Numbered from the stretch's first letter, positions 42,881 to 53,745 are shown. The stretch: 64,000 bases of DNA from an uncultured Spirochaetota bacterium (GCA_963783575.1 CAWAOD010000011.1:64001-128000), one strand, 5' to 3'. The notes: generated by a model from the sequence alone, not told the origin. Made by a program: numbers and translations.

Positions 42881-44539
42881 ATGATCTTTAAAATTAATCC
42901 ACTTAATACCGAGGCCTGGGGAAAACTGAAAAAGCATTACAAAGTAATGAAGAAAAGGAATATGAAAGATCTTTTCAAAAAATCAGGGAATAGGTTTGAG
43001 AATTTTTCAGCCCGGTTTGAGGATATCCTGGTCGACTATTCAAAGAATGTAATAACAAAAAAGACTATGGGTTATCTTTTCAATCTTGCCGAAGAGATGG
43101 AATTGAAAGATTCCATTGAAAAGATGTTTAAAGGCGAAAAGATTAATGAGACTGAAAACCGGGCGGTTCTGCATACCGCATTGAGAAATACTGCCGGTAA
43201 ACCGGTCTTTGTCGATGGAAAAGATGTAATGCCAGGTATAAAAAAGGTCCTGAACCAGATGGAGGCTTTTTCCGGCAAAATAATAAGCGGTGAATGGAAG
43301 GGCTTTACCGGCAAAGCGATTACGGATATTGTGAATATAGGAATCGGGGGTTCCGATCTCGGTCCGGTTATGGTAACAGAAGCATTAAAGCCTTATGCAA
43401 AGCCGAACATCAACCCCCATTTTGTTTCAAATGTTGACGGTACGCATATATCCGAAACTCTGCGGAAATTAAATCCCGAAACAACTCTTTTTATGGTTGC
43501 ATCCAAAACCTTTACAACTCAGGAAACAATGACTAATGCAATGACAGCAAGGGAATGGTTCCTTAAGACCTCTAAAAATGAGGATTTTATCAAAAAACAC
43601 TTTGTTGCCATTTCAACCAATGAAAAAGAAGTGGTGAAATTCGGGATCGATCCTGAAAATATGTTTGTATTCTGGGATTGGGTTGGCGGGCGTTATTCTC
43701 TGTGGTCAGCGATCGGCCTTTCAATTGCCTGCGCAATAGGTTTTGAAGGTTTTAAAGAGCTTCTGGAAGGAGCCGAAGCAATGGATAATCACTTCAGGGA
43801 AACTTCTTTTGAGAATAACATTCCTGTGATTCTGGCTTTGATCGGAATATGGTACAATAACTTTTTCGGAGCTCAAACGCATGCCATCCTGCCTTATGAC
43901 CAGTATATGCACCGCTTCGCCGCTTACTTCCAGCAGGGTGACATGGAATCTAACGGTAAATCCGTTGATAAATCAGGCAAAAAGGTAACTTATGAAACAG
44001 GCCCTATTATCTGGGGAGAACCGGGAACAAACGGCCAGCATGCCTTTTATCAATTGATCCATCAGGGAACAAAATTGATTCCCTGTGATTTTTTAGCCCC
44101 GGCTGTAAGCCATAATCCTATCGGGGACCACCACCTTAAATTGTTATCAAACTTTTTCGCCCAGACGGAAGCTTTAATGAATGGAAAAACTGAAGATGAG
44201 GTTTATGATGAGCTTAAAATATCCGGAAAAAGTGCGGAAGAAATAAAAAAACTGGTTCCCTTTAAGGTATTTTCAGGCAACAAGCCGTCAAACTCGATTT
44301 TATTCAAAAAACTAACTCCCAGAGTCCTTGGAAGTCTTATTGCAATGTATGAGCATAAAATATTTGTACAGGGTACGATTTGGAATATTTTCTCTTTCGA
44401 CCAGTGGGGTGTGGAACTTGGTAAGCAACTCGCCAATAAGATACTTCACGACCTGGCAGAAGGGGGAAAAATAACCACCCATGATTCCTCTACAAACGGC
44501 CTTATAAACTCATATAAAAAGATTCGAGATACTCATTAA
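42881..44539 (+). CDS. pgi: Glucose-6-phosphate isomerase
   Basis: [35 protein letters not shown]. Confidence 0.98.
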   Translation: MIFKINPLNTEAWGKLKKHYKVMKKRNMKDLFKKSGNRFENFSARFEDILVDYSKNVITKKTMGYLFNLAEEMELKDSIEKMFKGEKINETENRAVLHTALRNTAGKPVFVDGKDVMPGIKKVLNQMEAFSGKIISGEWKGFTGKAITDIVNIGIGGSDLGPVMVTEALKPYAKPNINPHFVSNVDGTHISETLRKLNPETTLFMVASKTFTTQETMTNAMTAREWFLKTSKNEDFIKKHFVAISTNEKEVVKFGIDPENMFVFWDWVGGRYSLWSAIGLSIACAIGFEGFKELLEGAEAMDNHFRETSFENNIPVILALIGIWYNNFFGAQTHAILPYDQYMHRFAAYFQQGDMESNGKSVDKSGKKVTYETGPIIWGEPGTNGQHAFYQLIHQGTKLIPCDFLAPAVSHNPIGDHHLKLLSNFFAQTEALMNGKTEDEVYDELKISGKSAEEIKKLVPFKVFSGNKPSNSILFKKLTPRVLGSLIAMYEHKIFVQGTIWNIFSFDQWGVELGKQLANKILHDLAEGGKITTHDSSTNGLINSYKKIRDTH

Positions 44540-44573
44540 TGCTGATCCGGCAATGGAAAAACCCGGCACTCAG

Positions 44574-45251
44574 TCATGCCGCTCTTTTTGTTCTCCCAGG
44601 TGAAAAGCATTCTTCTTTGTCTTTTAGGGCATTCCGGTAATTTATCTCGGCCTGTTTCCAGTTGATTACTTTCCAGAAAGCCGTTATATAGTCGGCCCTC
44701 CGGTTTTGATAGCTCAAATAGTAGGCATGTTCCCACACATCCAATCCGATAACGGGGAACAATTCTTCCAATAAAGGACTATCCTGATTTGGAGTTGAAT
44801 GGACTGTCAGTTTACCGAAAGCATTTAGAGACAGCCAGGCCCATCCCGAACCAAAACGCTTAACAGCGGCATCTTCGAAAAGTTTTTTGAATCCGTCCAA
44901 AGAACCGAAACTTGATGCTAGAATCTCTTCGAAATCTGAACTTGGGGAACTTTCAAACTCACTTCCAAGAAGTTTCCAGAAAAGCGAATGATTGAAATGA
45001 CCTCCTCCATTATTTCTGACTTCATCCCTAATGTCTTCAGGAACACTTCGCAGGTTCATAAGCAGCTTTTCGATAGTTTCATCGTAAAGAGCAGGATATT
45101 TATCAAGAGCTGCATTCAGTTTGCTAACATATGCCGCGTGGTGTTTGTCATGGTGTATTTCCATGGTCTTTGCATCAATATATGGTTCCAGGGCATTGTA
45201 TGCGTACGGTAAATCCGGTACTGTAAATTTATTCATAAACTCTCCTCTCAT
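44574..45251 (-). CDS. sodA: Fe/Mn superoxide dismutase (probably Mn-type; start may be 45236)
   Basis: HHDKHH, NNGGGHFNH, FGSGWAW, DVWEHAYY. Confidence 0.93.
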   Translation of the reverse strand: MRGEFMNKFTVPDLPYAYNALEPYIDAKTMEIHHDKHHAAYVSKLNAALDKYPALYDETIEKLLMNLRSVPEDIRDEVRNNGGGHFNHSLFWKLLGSEFESSPSSDFEEILASSFGSLDGFKKLFEDAAVKRFGSGWAWLSLNAFGKLTVHSTPNQDSPLLEELFPVIGLDVWEHAYYLSYQNRRADYITAFWKVINWKQAEINYRNALKDKEECFSPGRTKRAA

Positions 45252-45393
45252 CGCTTACCGTAATTCTGTAAAAATTCCCTTCGGAACATTCGGCATTGAA
45301 GCGATGATTTATATTTCATGAAATTTCTCTTACATTTTAAATATATTAAAATAAAATAAAATCGGCAAGATTAAGGCATTAAAATGTTTTTTC

Positions 45394-46938
45394 TCAAACT
45401 TCCTTTATTTCAAGTATTCTGTCGAGCCTGAACGTTCTGTTTTCATGCCGGTTTTCACAGTATGCCTTTATTCCCTCGAACGGTTTTCCCAGGTATTCCA
45501 TCCGGCCTATTGCAAGCGGACGGATGATCCTGCAGGATTTTTCATCCGAGGCCTTTAAATATACAATTTCAAGCCGTTTACGATTTCTGATGGCGTCTTT
45601 AATTATTTTACGTCTTGATTCCAAGGTAAGTTCTTTTTGTGATCGTAAATACCGGTATTCGGTCATGAATTTCACTACTTCCCAATCCATAAATATATGA
45701 TTTTTCTTAAGAGGCTTTATTAAAATAAGCCCTTCGAGCGAGCGCACGCGGCTTAAAGCAACATAAACCTGTCCCGGTGAAAAAGCCCCCCTTCCTATAT
45801 CAAGGACCATTTTATCAAAGGTTTTACCCTGGGATTTATGTATTGTCAGGGCCCAGGCAAGTTTAATCGGATACTGGATAAAAGACCCGATGATTTCCGT
45901 TGTAACTTTTTGGGATTCTTCATCATATTTGTATTTGAAAATATCCCATTCGAAAGGTTCGACTTCAATAATGTCTCCTTCACGAAGCTCAATACTTATC
46001 GAATCTTTATCCCTGCCGAATTTAACAATACGGCCGATGCTGCCGTTCACCCACCGTCCGCGGGAATCGTTTGTAAGCAGCATAACCTGGGCATTTTTTT
46101 TCAATTCAAGATTCTTTTCGGTAGGGAGATTATTTTCGCTGAAATCACCGGATAATTTTCCTTCAAAAACATATGTTCGTCCGGAAATATTTGAAAGCAT
46201 CTCCAGATTAAGCTTTGAAGCCCGGTCATTACGCGGAGTTAAAGTTATTGTATAATCCGATCCGGATGGGTTGAAGTCCGTATTAACCTTTTCGTTTAAA
46301 AGTTCAAGGTCTTTTTCAGTAACGGTATTATTTCTGATGGCATTGAGAATATTAATAAAATCGCTATCGGTCTGGCGGAATATTTTTTCCAGTTCTAAGA
46401 TTTCCATTTCAAGCGATTGAAATGATTCGGATGAGAAAAAGTATGGTGAAATATAAATTTCCTCGAAACTTTCCTTTTCCGCTGATGTCAGGACCGGAGG
46501 AAGCTGGTAGAGATCACCGAAGAAAACAATCTGTTTCCCTCCGAAGGGTTTATCCGGTGAGCAGGCGGTTCTTAGAAAACCGTCGGCATAATCAAGAAGA
46601 TCGGCCCTCAGCATTGATATTTCGTCGATAATTATTATATCCAGACTGTTGTAAATCTGTTTTTCTTTTTTGCTGATTTTTACAGCAGTTTTTTTTGCGG
46701 TTTCCTCAGTTATATCAGGCTTGAAATGAAAAAATGAATGAAAAGTCTGTCCTCCGATATTAAGGGCCGCAACACCTGTGGGTGCGAGAACGGCAACAGT
46801 TTTTTTTGTGTTTTCACAAAAATAACGTAGTAGCGTGGATTTTCCGGTACCGGCTTTTCCCGTGATAAAAATATTTTTATCAGTATATTCCATTTTATTG
46901 AAACATTTCTCGAAATCAGGGGTTAATTCAATATTCAT
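45394..46938 (-). CDS. PIF1/RecD-like SF1B helicase with a C-terminal WYL-like domain
   Basis: GKAGTGKS, DEISM, GDLYQLPPV, TIHKSQG, YVALSR; C-terminal AYCENRHENRTFRLDRI. Confidence 0.88.
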   Translation of the reverse strand: MNIELTPDFEKCFNKMEYTDKNIFITGKAGTGKSTLLRYFCENTKKTVAVLAPTGVAALNIGGQTFHSFFHFKPDITEETAKKTAVKISKKEKQIYNSLDIIIIDEISMLRADLLDYADGFLRTACSPDKPFGGKQIVFFGDLYQLPPVLTSAEKESFEEIYISPYFFSSESFQSLEMEILELEKIFRQTDSDFINILNAIRNNTVTEKDLELLNEKVNTDFNPSGSDYTITLTPRNDRASKLNLEMLSNISGRTYVFEGKLSGDFSENNLPTEKNLELKKNAQVMLLTNDSRGRWVNGSIGRIVKFGRDKDSISIELREGDIIEVEPFEWDIFKYKYDEESQKVTTEIIGSFIQYPIKLAWALTIHKSQGKTFDKMVLDIGRGAFSPGQVYVALSRVRSLEGLILIKPLKKNHIFMDWEVVKFMTEYRYLRSQKELTLESRRKIIKDAIRNRKRLEIVYLKASDEKSCRIIRPLAIGRMEYLGKPFEGIKAYCENRHENRTFRLDRILEIKEV

Positions 46939-46966
46939 GAGATATCTCCCTTTTATTATTTGTTTT

Positions 46967-47182
46967 ACCGTAAAGCCACGGTAATGGGGCTTTCTTCCTT
47001 CTTTCTGAATTGGTCAGAAATATCTCAGGGCAGGCCCTGGCTTTATGTGTCGGTCACGGTGTCCCTGCCGTGAAATGACTTAAACATTACTTGTTATTTT
47101 ACATGAATAACAACGATTTTAGTAATAAGATTATTTTTTAACCTAACAAAAACTCAATCAGAGATGGTACTCATGCTGCGGG
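46967..47182 (-). repeat. Family A element, internally deleted copy
   Basis: Reverse complement aligns with 27332-27480 (CACGGCAGGGA..CCGTGACCGAC.CATAAAGCCAGGG) and with 27635-27669. Confidence 0.8.
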
Positions 47183-47298
47183 TGGGGGGGCAAACAAATG
47201 TTAGATTTATCCTCAGCATCTCATGAGCTTCAAGTAGCATTTTTGCGGCAAAACCGGCTCAGTTTGTCAAATTAAACAAGGATCAAACATCATGTTTG

Positions 47299-48840
47299 TT
47301 AAAAAACGTCCTTGAAATCAAAGCCGATATACAAATAATCGCTTGATGGATTGCTCCTGAGCAGTGACGACAGCTTTATTCCAATGTCGAACCTGATTAC
47401 GGCCCCGTTGCCGCCGAAGCTTTCGGGATAAAGCCTGAGGCCGGTTCCAAGGGTATATATTGTGTTTGTTATGGAAAACTGCCCCCCATCTTCGGTGCCG
47501 TTGCCGAAATCGAAAAAAATGGGCGTATAAATATACAAACCGGTCGGCCAGGTAAGCTTGAAAATATACGGCCTGAACTCGGAATTACCGAAAATCAGGT
47601 AGTTGCCGCGTATTTCACCGAGCTGAATCCCCCTGACGTCGCTTGAACTTAAAGGTTTCTCAAATCCTGGACTTATGAATGCCGTTATAATATAACCCCA
47701 ATCCGTTCTGCTCCAGAGTTTAAATAAATTTTCGTTAATAATCTCCACCTGCGGTGTTCCGTTCAATGGAGAAATTCCAACTTTGATACGGCTTCGGTTT
47801 CCCCATATTTCTCCTGCATCATAGTTTATTGTGCCTAATTCGATTCCCGGGCCTATATACCAGGCCGTAATATTTTGAGGCTGTTTACCGGCTGTGTTAA
47901 GTTCAACTGTGTTGGTCTGTAAATTTAAAGTAGAGTCGATATAAACCGATAAATCGGTACCATAATGTGGAAATTTCTTACCCACCTGATTTTCATTAAT
48001 TAAATCAATTGTCCTTGCCCGGTATGTTACATTAATACCATCAAATTGCGAATCTATAAAATCCTGGTAGGAAAAATTCAGATTAATGAAATATAAACTG
48101 CCGAATAACTTTGGATATTGATAATTTACAGATATATATTTGAGATCGGGCCCGGAAACATATTTAGCATTCAGCTCAAGCCATTGATTCAATCCGAAAA
48201 GATTACTTTCCTCAAGGATAAAAACAAAACCGTTCCCATCCTTATTATCGTAATAATAATACGGCACGGGGAACAATGTCCATTTATCAACTGCTGTAAT
48301 TGCAATATCAGCTGGAATCGGTTCTGATGATTGATAATTAGTATCCGTTACTATTGTATATTGAACAAGAACCTGCGAGAAATTGCCTATATTTTTCAGA
48401 TTCTGCATACAATTGGATACGGCCGATTCCAATACGTCTTTCGAAACATTATCTCCCTCATTTAAGGGAAATTCCTGCCTTATTATAAAATCTTTTGTTC
48501 TTGTATTGCTGATGACGCTGATTTTTCTTATAATATATTCCTTTCCGAATATTGCTCCTGAAAAAAGAATAAATAAAATAGATTCTATAATAATAATTTT
48601 AACAAGCGTGCCCTGTTTGCCGTCTACCTGCCGGAGATCCGGCGTAGGCAGGCTGCTTGACCCAGGTGTAGATTCCTTACGCAACAAAGTTGCGTATAGC
48701 TCTGCGGAGTTTATCCCGAGCACCGTTGAGGGGTTTCCTCTAGAAGATGCTTCCAGTTGCGATGCACTGAGTTTATCGAAGTGTTCTGACTTTAATACCT
48801 CAAGGCTTTGCCTTAAGGATTCTTTATTCAATCCCGGCAT
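47299..48840 (-). CDS. POTRA plus outer-membrane beta-barrel protein (Omp85/BamA-like); start uncertain
   Basis: NLKNIGNFSQV POTRA-like segment, DKWTLFP, ESNLFGL, C-terminal Phe. Confidence 0.72.
   Translation of the reverse strand: MPGLNKESLRQSLEVLKSEHFDKLSASQLEASSRGNPSTVLGINSAELYATLLRKESTPGSSSLPTPDLRQVDGKQGTLVKIIIIESILFILFSGAIFGKEYIIRKISVISNTRTKDFIIRQEFPLNEGDNVSKDVLESAVSNCMQNLKNIGNFSQVLVQYTIVTDTNYQSSEPIPADIAITAVDKWTLFPVPYYYYDNKDGNGFVFILEESNLFGLNQWLELNAKYVSGPDLKYISVNYQYPKLFGSLYFINLNFSYQDFIDSQFDGINVTYRARTIDLINENQVGKKFPHYGTDLSVYIDSTLNLQTNTVELNTAGKQPQNITAWYIGPGIELGTINYDAGEIWGNRSRIKVGISPLNGTPQVEIINENLFKLWSRTDWGYIITAFISPGFEKPLSSSDVRGIQLGEIRGNYLIFGNSEFRPYIFKLTWPTGLYIYTPIFFDFGNGTEDGGQFSITNTIYTLGTGLRLYPESFGGNGAVIRFDIGIKLSSLLRSNPSSDYLYIGFDFKDVF
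48603..48783 (+). repeat. Family B repeat copy 2 with REP-like flanks
   Basis: 33-bp core at 48669-48701; extended match to 58056-58131. Confidence 0.85.
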
Positions 48841-48917
48841 TAAGGATTCTCCTGGTAAGAATGGTGTTTTTATAATTTCCGGCTGATGAAGGAAATTTGA
48901 ATATTGACTTTTAACAA

Positions 48918-49550
48918 TTATTTAAAAATATCTCCGGTTTCTTTATACCAGAGTACAAAATCGAGGTAAATCATCGGTATGCCTATCTTATCAGAGAAAA
49001 CGGCCATCTTTTTCTCTATTTCATAATAATTTTTTCCCGATAAATTCATCGTTTCTTCCGGAAGCACTCCGGTCCGTACAAGATTCCTGACAATATGCCT
49101 GTCAAGGATCGCAATGTCATTTCCATAACCGGTGTTTCTTAAAAAATGGCTTGCCTCTTTAAAACCCATACCTTTGACATTATCAATAAGCCATTCTCTT
49201 TTTTCATAAACCGTAGGAATATTAGACAGAATAGCTTTTACAGCCGGTTTTCCGTTAATTGCGCAGGTTTTCCTGGCTTCAATAATATAATTTGCTTTAT
49301 GATTTCTGAATCTCACAATATTCAGCACTTTCGAAAGATCTTCCGCGTTCCCTGAAAATATAAGGTTTTTTGATTTAAGCAGGTTAACCGCTTTTTCTGC
49401 CTGCCTTGCTTTTGTCTGTGGGGTTAAAAGGCAGAATACCAGTTCAGTAAAATGTTCTTCTTCCGTTTCCGATTTGATTTTATCGAATACAGCCAGTCTT
49501 TCGTCTATCCTGTCTTTAATTTTTATATAAATACTAATAATTTCATTCAT
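48918..49550 (-). CDS. ogg: N-glycosylase/DNA lyase (archaeal/Thermotoga-type 8-oxoG glycosylase)
   Basis: ELVFCLLT, VKGMGFKEASHFLRN, AILDRH, DFVLWYKETG. Confidence 0.88.
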   Translation of the reverse strand: MNEIISIYIKIKDRIDERLAVFDKIKSETEEEHFTELVFCLLTPQTKARQAEKAVNLLKSKNLIFSGNAEDLSKVLNIVRFRNHKANYIIEARKTCAINGKPAVKAILSNIPTVYEKREWLIDNVKGMGFKEASHFLRNTGYGNDIAILDRHIVRNLVRTGVLPEETMNLSGKNYYEIEKKMAVFSDKIGIPMIYLDFVLWYKETGDIFK

Positions 49551-49837
49551 AAAGTTTTTTCCAAAATATTATCAATATAATTTGCAGTATTTTTTAATAT
49601 TGACAATAAATATAGCATACAAGATTTATTCTTTCAAATTATGAATTAAATGCTTGTCCAGCTTTATTAAAGTTTATCAAAAACACATTTTCTAATAAGC
49701 TGTCAAATCAGAAATTATTGATACATGGCTCGAAAAACAAAATTGCCCGTGGAATATACTGAATAATGGATTTTTTCAGTCAGCACAAAAATATTCTTTG
49801 ATAGTGATGTAATACCCTACCGTTATTTAATATTATA

Positions 49838-50290
49838 TTAGTCATCATCATCATCTTCATCTTTAGCGCCGGCTTTTTTTAAAATATCAATGATTGTGGA
49901 ATCTTCGGCTAATGATAAAGCCGTACTTTCATCCTCTGCTACAGCATTGACATCAGCTTTTGCTGCGATCAACCTTTTAATTTCCTCGGTTTGAATTTCT
50001 AATGAGTTTGTATTTTCATTGTATACCGCAACCATCAAAGCTGTCCAGCCGTCTTTAGTCTTGGCATTAACATCAGCTTTTGCAGTAATCAATGCATTAA
50101 CCGCCTTTATTTGACCATAGTAGGCCGCTTCCATCAATGCAGTGCTTCCATCATTTTCCAACGGCTGGTTTAAATCCCCCTTGTAATTTTCAATAAACGT
50201 AACATCACCATCTGTGGCGGCATCTAGCAAATTCTCAGCAAAAGTCAAAACCGGGACCGTGAGTAGAAGAAAAATCAGAATTCTTTTCAT
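49838..50290 (-). CDS. Secreted ankyrin-repeat protein
   Basis: Signal peptide; GSTALMEAA, ADVNAK…GWTALM. Confidence 0.88.
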   Translation of the reverse strand: MKRILIFLLLTVPVLTFAENLLDAATDGDVTFIENYKGDLNQPLENDGSTALMEAAYYGQIKAVNALITAKADVNAKTKDGWTALMVAVYNENTNSLEIQTEEIKRLIAAKADVNAVAEDESTALSLAEDSTIIDILKKAGAKDEDDDDD

Positions 50291-50800
50291 AGAAATCCTC
50301 CTTAAAATTTAACGTATTGTCAAAAGTTTTGATTTAATAATACTTTATCTATATCAAATCAAAGCAAGTATAGTATTCAAAACGACCTCCCACCATTTTT
50401 GGCATGCTTCCAGTATAATTTGTGTTTCTGAACAGTCCCCAATTTCAAGGATTGTAAGGAAATACAAATTTGTATCTATAATCAGAAAATTTAGAATTCT
50501 ATATTTTTTTCATAAAACTTTTGACACTACCATATTTTCATGACTTTAAAGAATGATTATATGGAGTCATCTTAAAAAGAGAAATACTAAAAAGCATAGG
50601 ATTTAGAATATTATATTAAATCTGGTAATATTATGCAAGTTTAAAATTATTTAGCGTGATTAGCATTTTCCAGTTACAAACTTTTTCATACATTATATAT
50701 GTTAGATGATTAATTGAGAGTAGTCTTAAGATGTCCTATAATTACTTTACTTTTTTTTTAAAGCAATGCGAACTTCATTCGCCAAGCCCAGGTAACCTTG

Positions 50801-50880
50801 GGAGCACGGATGCTCCTTGATAGCTTCTGTTTTACTACACAGGCTGCCGAATCTTCGATTCGGCAGCGCAACGGTTGCGC
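50801..50880 (-). repeat. Diverged family-A-related hairpin pair
   Basis: Reverse complement GCTGCCGAA…TTCGGC-29 nt-GGAGCATCCGTGCTCC mirrors 27170-27232. Confidence 0.5.
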
Positions 50881-50988
50881 CTAGAACCTTACAAAATGTC
50901 CTAGCCAGAACACGAATATGATAACGATGATATGCAGGATCCACCATCCCGGTTTAAATAATAATATTCTTTTCACTTTAAGCCTCCG

Positions 50989-51504
50989 TTATTTCCATAA
51001 AAAATGGCCGATGGAATAAACAATACCGATAACTATAAGATGCACTCCCCAGAAACCTAAATTCGGGTATCTTAAAAACCTGCCTTTATGCCTGGGTGTA
51101 TCCATATTATTAATATTGGTCAAATCCAGTTCAAAAATAAGTTTACCTATGAAAAAGGCCGTCCACAGTATAAAAATATCCGATAAAAGAGTGCCGGAGA
51201 ACAGTGTTACAATATTCATCTGTTTCGGCAGGTGGGCAAGAGAAAATTGCGCCATACTTATAGTACCGATTATCGCGATTACTCCATTCGCCAGGTAGGC
51301 GTAAGGAGTAAGCCTTTTGGAACAGAACAAAGCCGGGATGATTATTATGCTTATAATCCCTGCGATGAAAGGCACATAATTCACAATGCCGCTCTGTAAC
51401 GGGTGAGTCCTGTAATGCAGTAAAAATCCGCCCAATGATATCGAAACAAGGCTAACAATAAGGGTAATCTTCAAATATTTCTTTTGTGTCATTTTTACCT
51501 CCAA
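50989..51504 (-). CDS. Hypothetical membrane protein at the end of the oxidase operon
   Basis: About 5 TMs; LLHYRTHP. Confidence 0.7.
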   Translation of the reverse strand: MEVKMTQKKYLKITLIVSLVSISLGGFLLHYRTHPLQSGIVNYVPFIAGIISIIIIPALFCSKRLTPYAYLANGVIAIIGTISMAQFSLAHLPKQMNIVTLFSGTLLSDIFILWTAFFIGKLIFELDLTNINNMDTPRHKGRFLRYPNLGFWGVHLIVIGIVYSIGHFLWK

Positions 51505-51525
51505 TATACTTTCATTATTATCATG

Positions 51526-52396
51526 TTATTTCAGCGAATCAATTACAAGCATTGACAGGATCAGGGCCTGATAAATATATATCGACCGGAATGCGGAACC
51601 GAAGTTAATGTTATTATTCTTTCGATAAATAATACGGCAGAAATAAATTATGATGAACCCGTTTAATGTAATAAGTGTTCCGATTCCGATAATGCCGGTT
51701 ATGATATGAAATAAAGGAAAAACCAATGTGCTTATTGAAGAACTTAATAACCATAAAAAAATAATTGTTTTAACCCACTTTTCATTCGATGTTTTAAAAA
51801 ATGACGGAAAACCCGCGGTATTATACTCATCTTTAAACCGCTGTAAAATAAGAAGGAAATGAGGTATCTGCCATAGATATATGAATAATGCAATAAACAG
51901 GATTACCGGCTCAAACAAATTTCCTCCCGCTGCTGTCCAGCCTATCATCGGGGGAATGGAGCCAGTCAGCGCTCCGGCCAGAACAGCATATCCGGTCTTC
52001 TTTTTTAATGGCGTATAAACTGCATTGTAGCAAATAATGTTGACCGTTCCAAGAATCGCCGATAAAAACGTATTGCCAAAAAAAAGGAGAAAAAAGCCTG
52101 TCAATCCGAACAAAAATGTTAATAAAAGAGCTGTTCCGGGTTTAATCATTCCTGATGGAAGAGGCCGTTTCATTGTTCTATTCATAAGGGCATCCTGATC
52201 CCTCTCCTGATACTGGTTCAGCGTTGAGGCTGCTGACGACAGCAAGAATATTCCGGTAAGCATAAAAAAAGCCTTCCTGTTTAAGCCATGACCTGTAAAT
52301 CAGAAAGCCGGCCAGTGCGGAAAAAGAGACTGCAATGGATAGCGGCAGGCGGGTCAGCATAAATAATACTTTGAAATATGATTTTAATCTTGCCAT
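51526..52396 (-). CDS. ctaB: Protoheme IX farnesyltransferase, frameshift at the A7 run 52264-52270
   Basis: NQYQERDQDALMNRTMKRPLPSG, YTPLKK, PPMIGW, WQIPHF. Confidence 0.85.
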
Positions 52397-52478
52397 AATC
52401 TTCACCTTTCTATACCTCCCCTCCAAGGAGGTGAAATTATTAAACCATTTATTGTCATTTTTGTATCCATTTTTATTG

Positions 52479-53396
52479 TTATTTCAACTTTTTTAAATAC
52501 TCGATAATTTCATTTATTTCTTTGTCAGAAAGAATATCCTTTCCCGGCGGCATTATATTCGGATAACCGTCAACAATGTCGGCACCCGGGTTAATAATTG
52601 ATTCCTTAATATAATTACTATCCGCTGTTATTGTACGCTCTTTTCCGGCTGTCCTAACCCTTACTTTTGAACCGTATAAATTAAGGAATGTCGGGCCGCT
52701 CATCCGTGAACCGTCGATAGAGTGACAGGACATACAGCCTCGCTCTATAAGAAGTTTTTGTTCATCGGGCATACTTGCAGTCTGCACTTTTCCCGGAAGG
52801 CTGATATTTCCCCCTTTAAGCCAGCTGTCGAATTGATCCGGAGGCACAACAATAAGTAACGCCCTCATATCCGAATGCCTAAGCCCGCAATATTGGGAAC
52901 ATAAAATGTCGTAACTTCCTGTGGTTACAGCATTGAACCATGCCTGTGTTTTGATTCCCGGCACAACATCCTGCTGGATACGGAAGGCCGGGACATAAAA
53001 GCCATGGATTACATCATCCGAAGTGAGATCGCATCTGACATCCTTTCCAAGGGGAACGACAAGATCCGGACTCTTTTTGCCGTTATTATACTCAAAAAGC
53101 CAGGACCACTGCCTGGCATGTACCTTCACCAGGATTGAGTCAGCCGGAGTACTTCGGAGAAACCGGAAACCGGTAAGCCCATAAAGAAACATCGTCAAAG
53201 CAAGAAGAGTAGGGACGATTACCCATATTGCTTCGAGAATATTACTTGATCTTACTTCAACGGGAACAGGGTTTCTCGATTTACGGTAACGTATGGCAAA
53301 GTAAATCATAAAAAAAACAATGAGAAATAAAAAGAGTACAGAAAAAGCAAGTATATAAATTAATGCGCCGTTTACAACCGAGGTTGACGTGGACAT
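52479..53396 (-). CDS. coxB: Cytochrome c oxidase subunit II with fused cytochrome c
   Basis: DVIHGF, CSQYCGLRHSDM (CuA), CMSCH. Confidence 0.93.
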   Translation of the reverse strand: MSTSTSVVNGALIYILAFSVLFLFLIVFFMIYFAIRYRKSRNPVPVEVRSSNILEAIWVIVPTLLALTMFLYGLTGFRFLRSTPADSILVKVHARQWSWLFEYNNGKKSPDLVVPLGKDVRCDLTSDDVIHGFYVPAFRIQQDVVPGIKTQAWFNAVTTGSYDILCSQYCGLRHSDMRALLIVVPPDQFDSWLKGGNISLPGKVQTASMPDEQKLLIERGCMSCHSIDGSRMSGPTFLNLYGSKVRVRTAGKERTITADSNYIKESIINPGADIVDGYPNIMPPGKDILSDKEINEIIEYLKKLK

Positions 53397-53427
53397 AACT
53401 TATTTTCCTCCTTACCGGCTTATTATA

Positions 53428-53745
53428 TCAGCGGGTAATTACATCGGAATAAGTGAGGCCGATGAATATTGCCAGCAGTATTATTGTCAGCGGTATAAGA
53501 ATTAGTATAAGAATCCTTTTCTCATAGCGCAAATGCATAAAATAGAGAAGTACAAGCGTGGATTTTACTGCCGCTATCGCGAGGCATATGATGATGGCGA
53601 TCCTTCCCAGGTTGAGACTTGCCGCTGTTACAGTAATAAAAGTGAAAATTATCAGAGCCGTCCAGACTGAGATGTAAGTTCCAAAGCCCGGTTCCTTATG
53701 CCCGGCGGCTTTTTTTTCATTTATTGCAGCATCTTTAATTTCCAT
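53428..53745 (-). CDS. Cytochrome c oxidase subunit IV (CoxD/CtaF-like)
   Basis: GGAGG RBS before ATG 53745; LVLLYFMHLRYE. Confidence 0.8.
   Translation of the reverse strand: MEIKDAAINEKKAAGHKEPGFGTYISVWTALIIFTFITVTAASLNLGRIAIIICLAIAAVKSTLVLLYFMHLRYEKRILILILIPLTIILLAIFIGLTYSDVITR

Noticed and set aside
50747..50947. 66-aa ORF
   Set aside because: Spans palindromic repeats; no RBS or protein motif.
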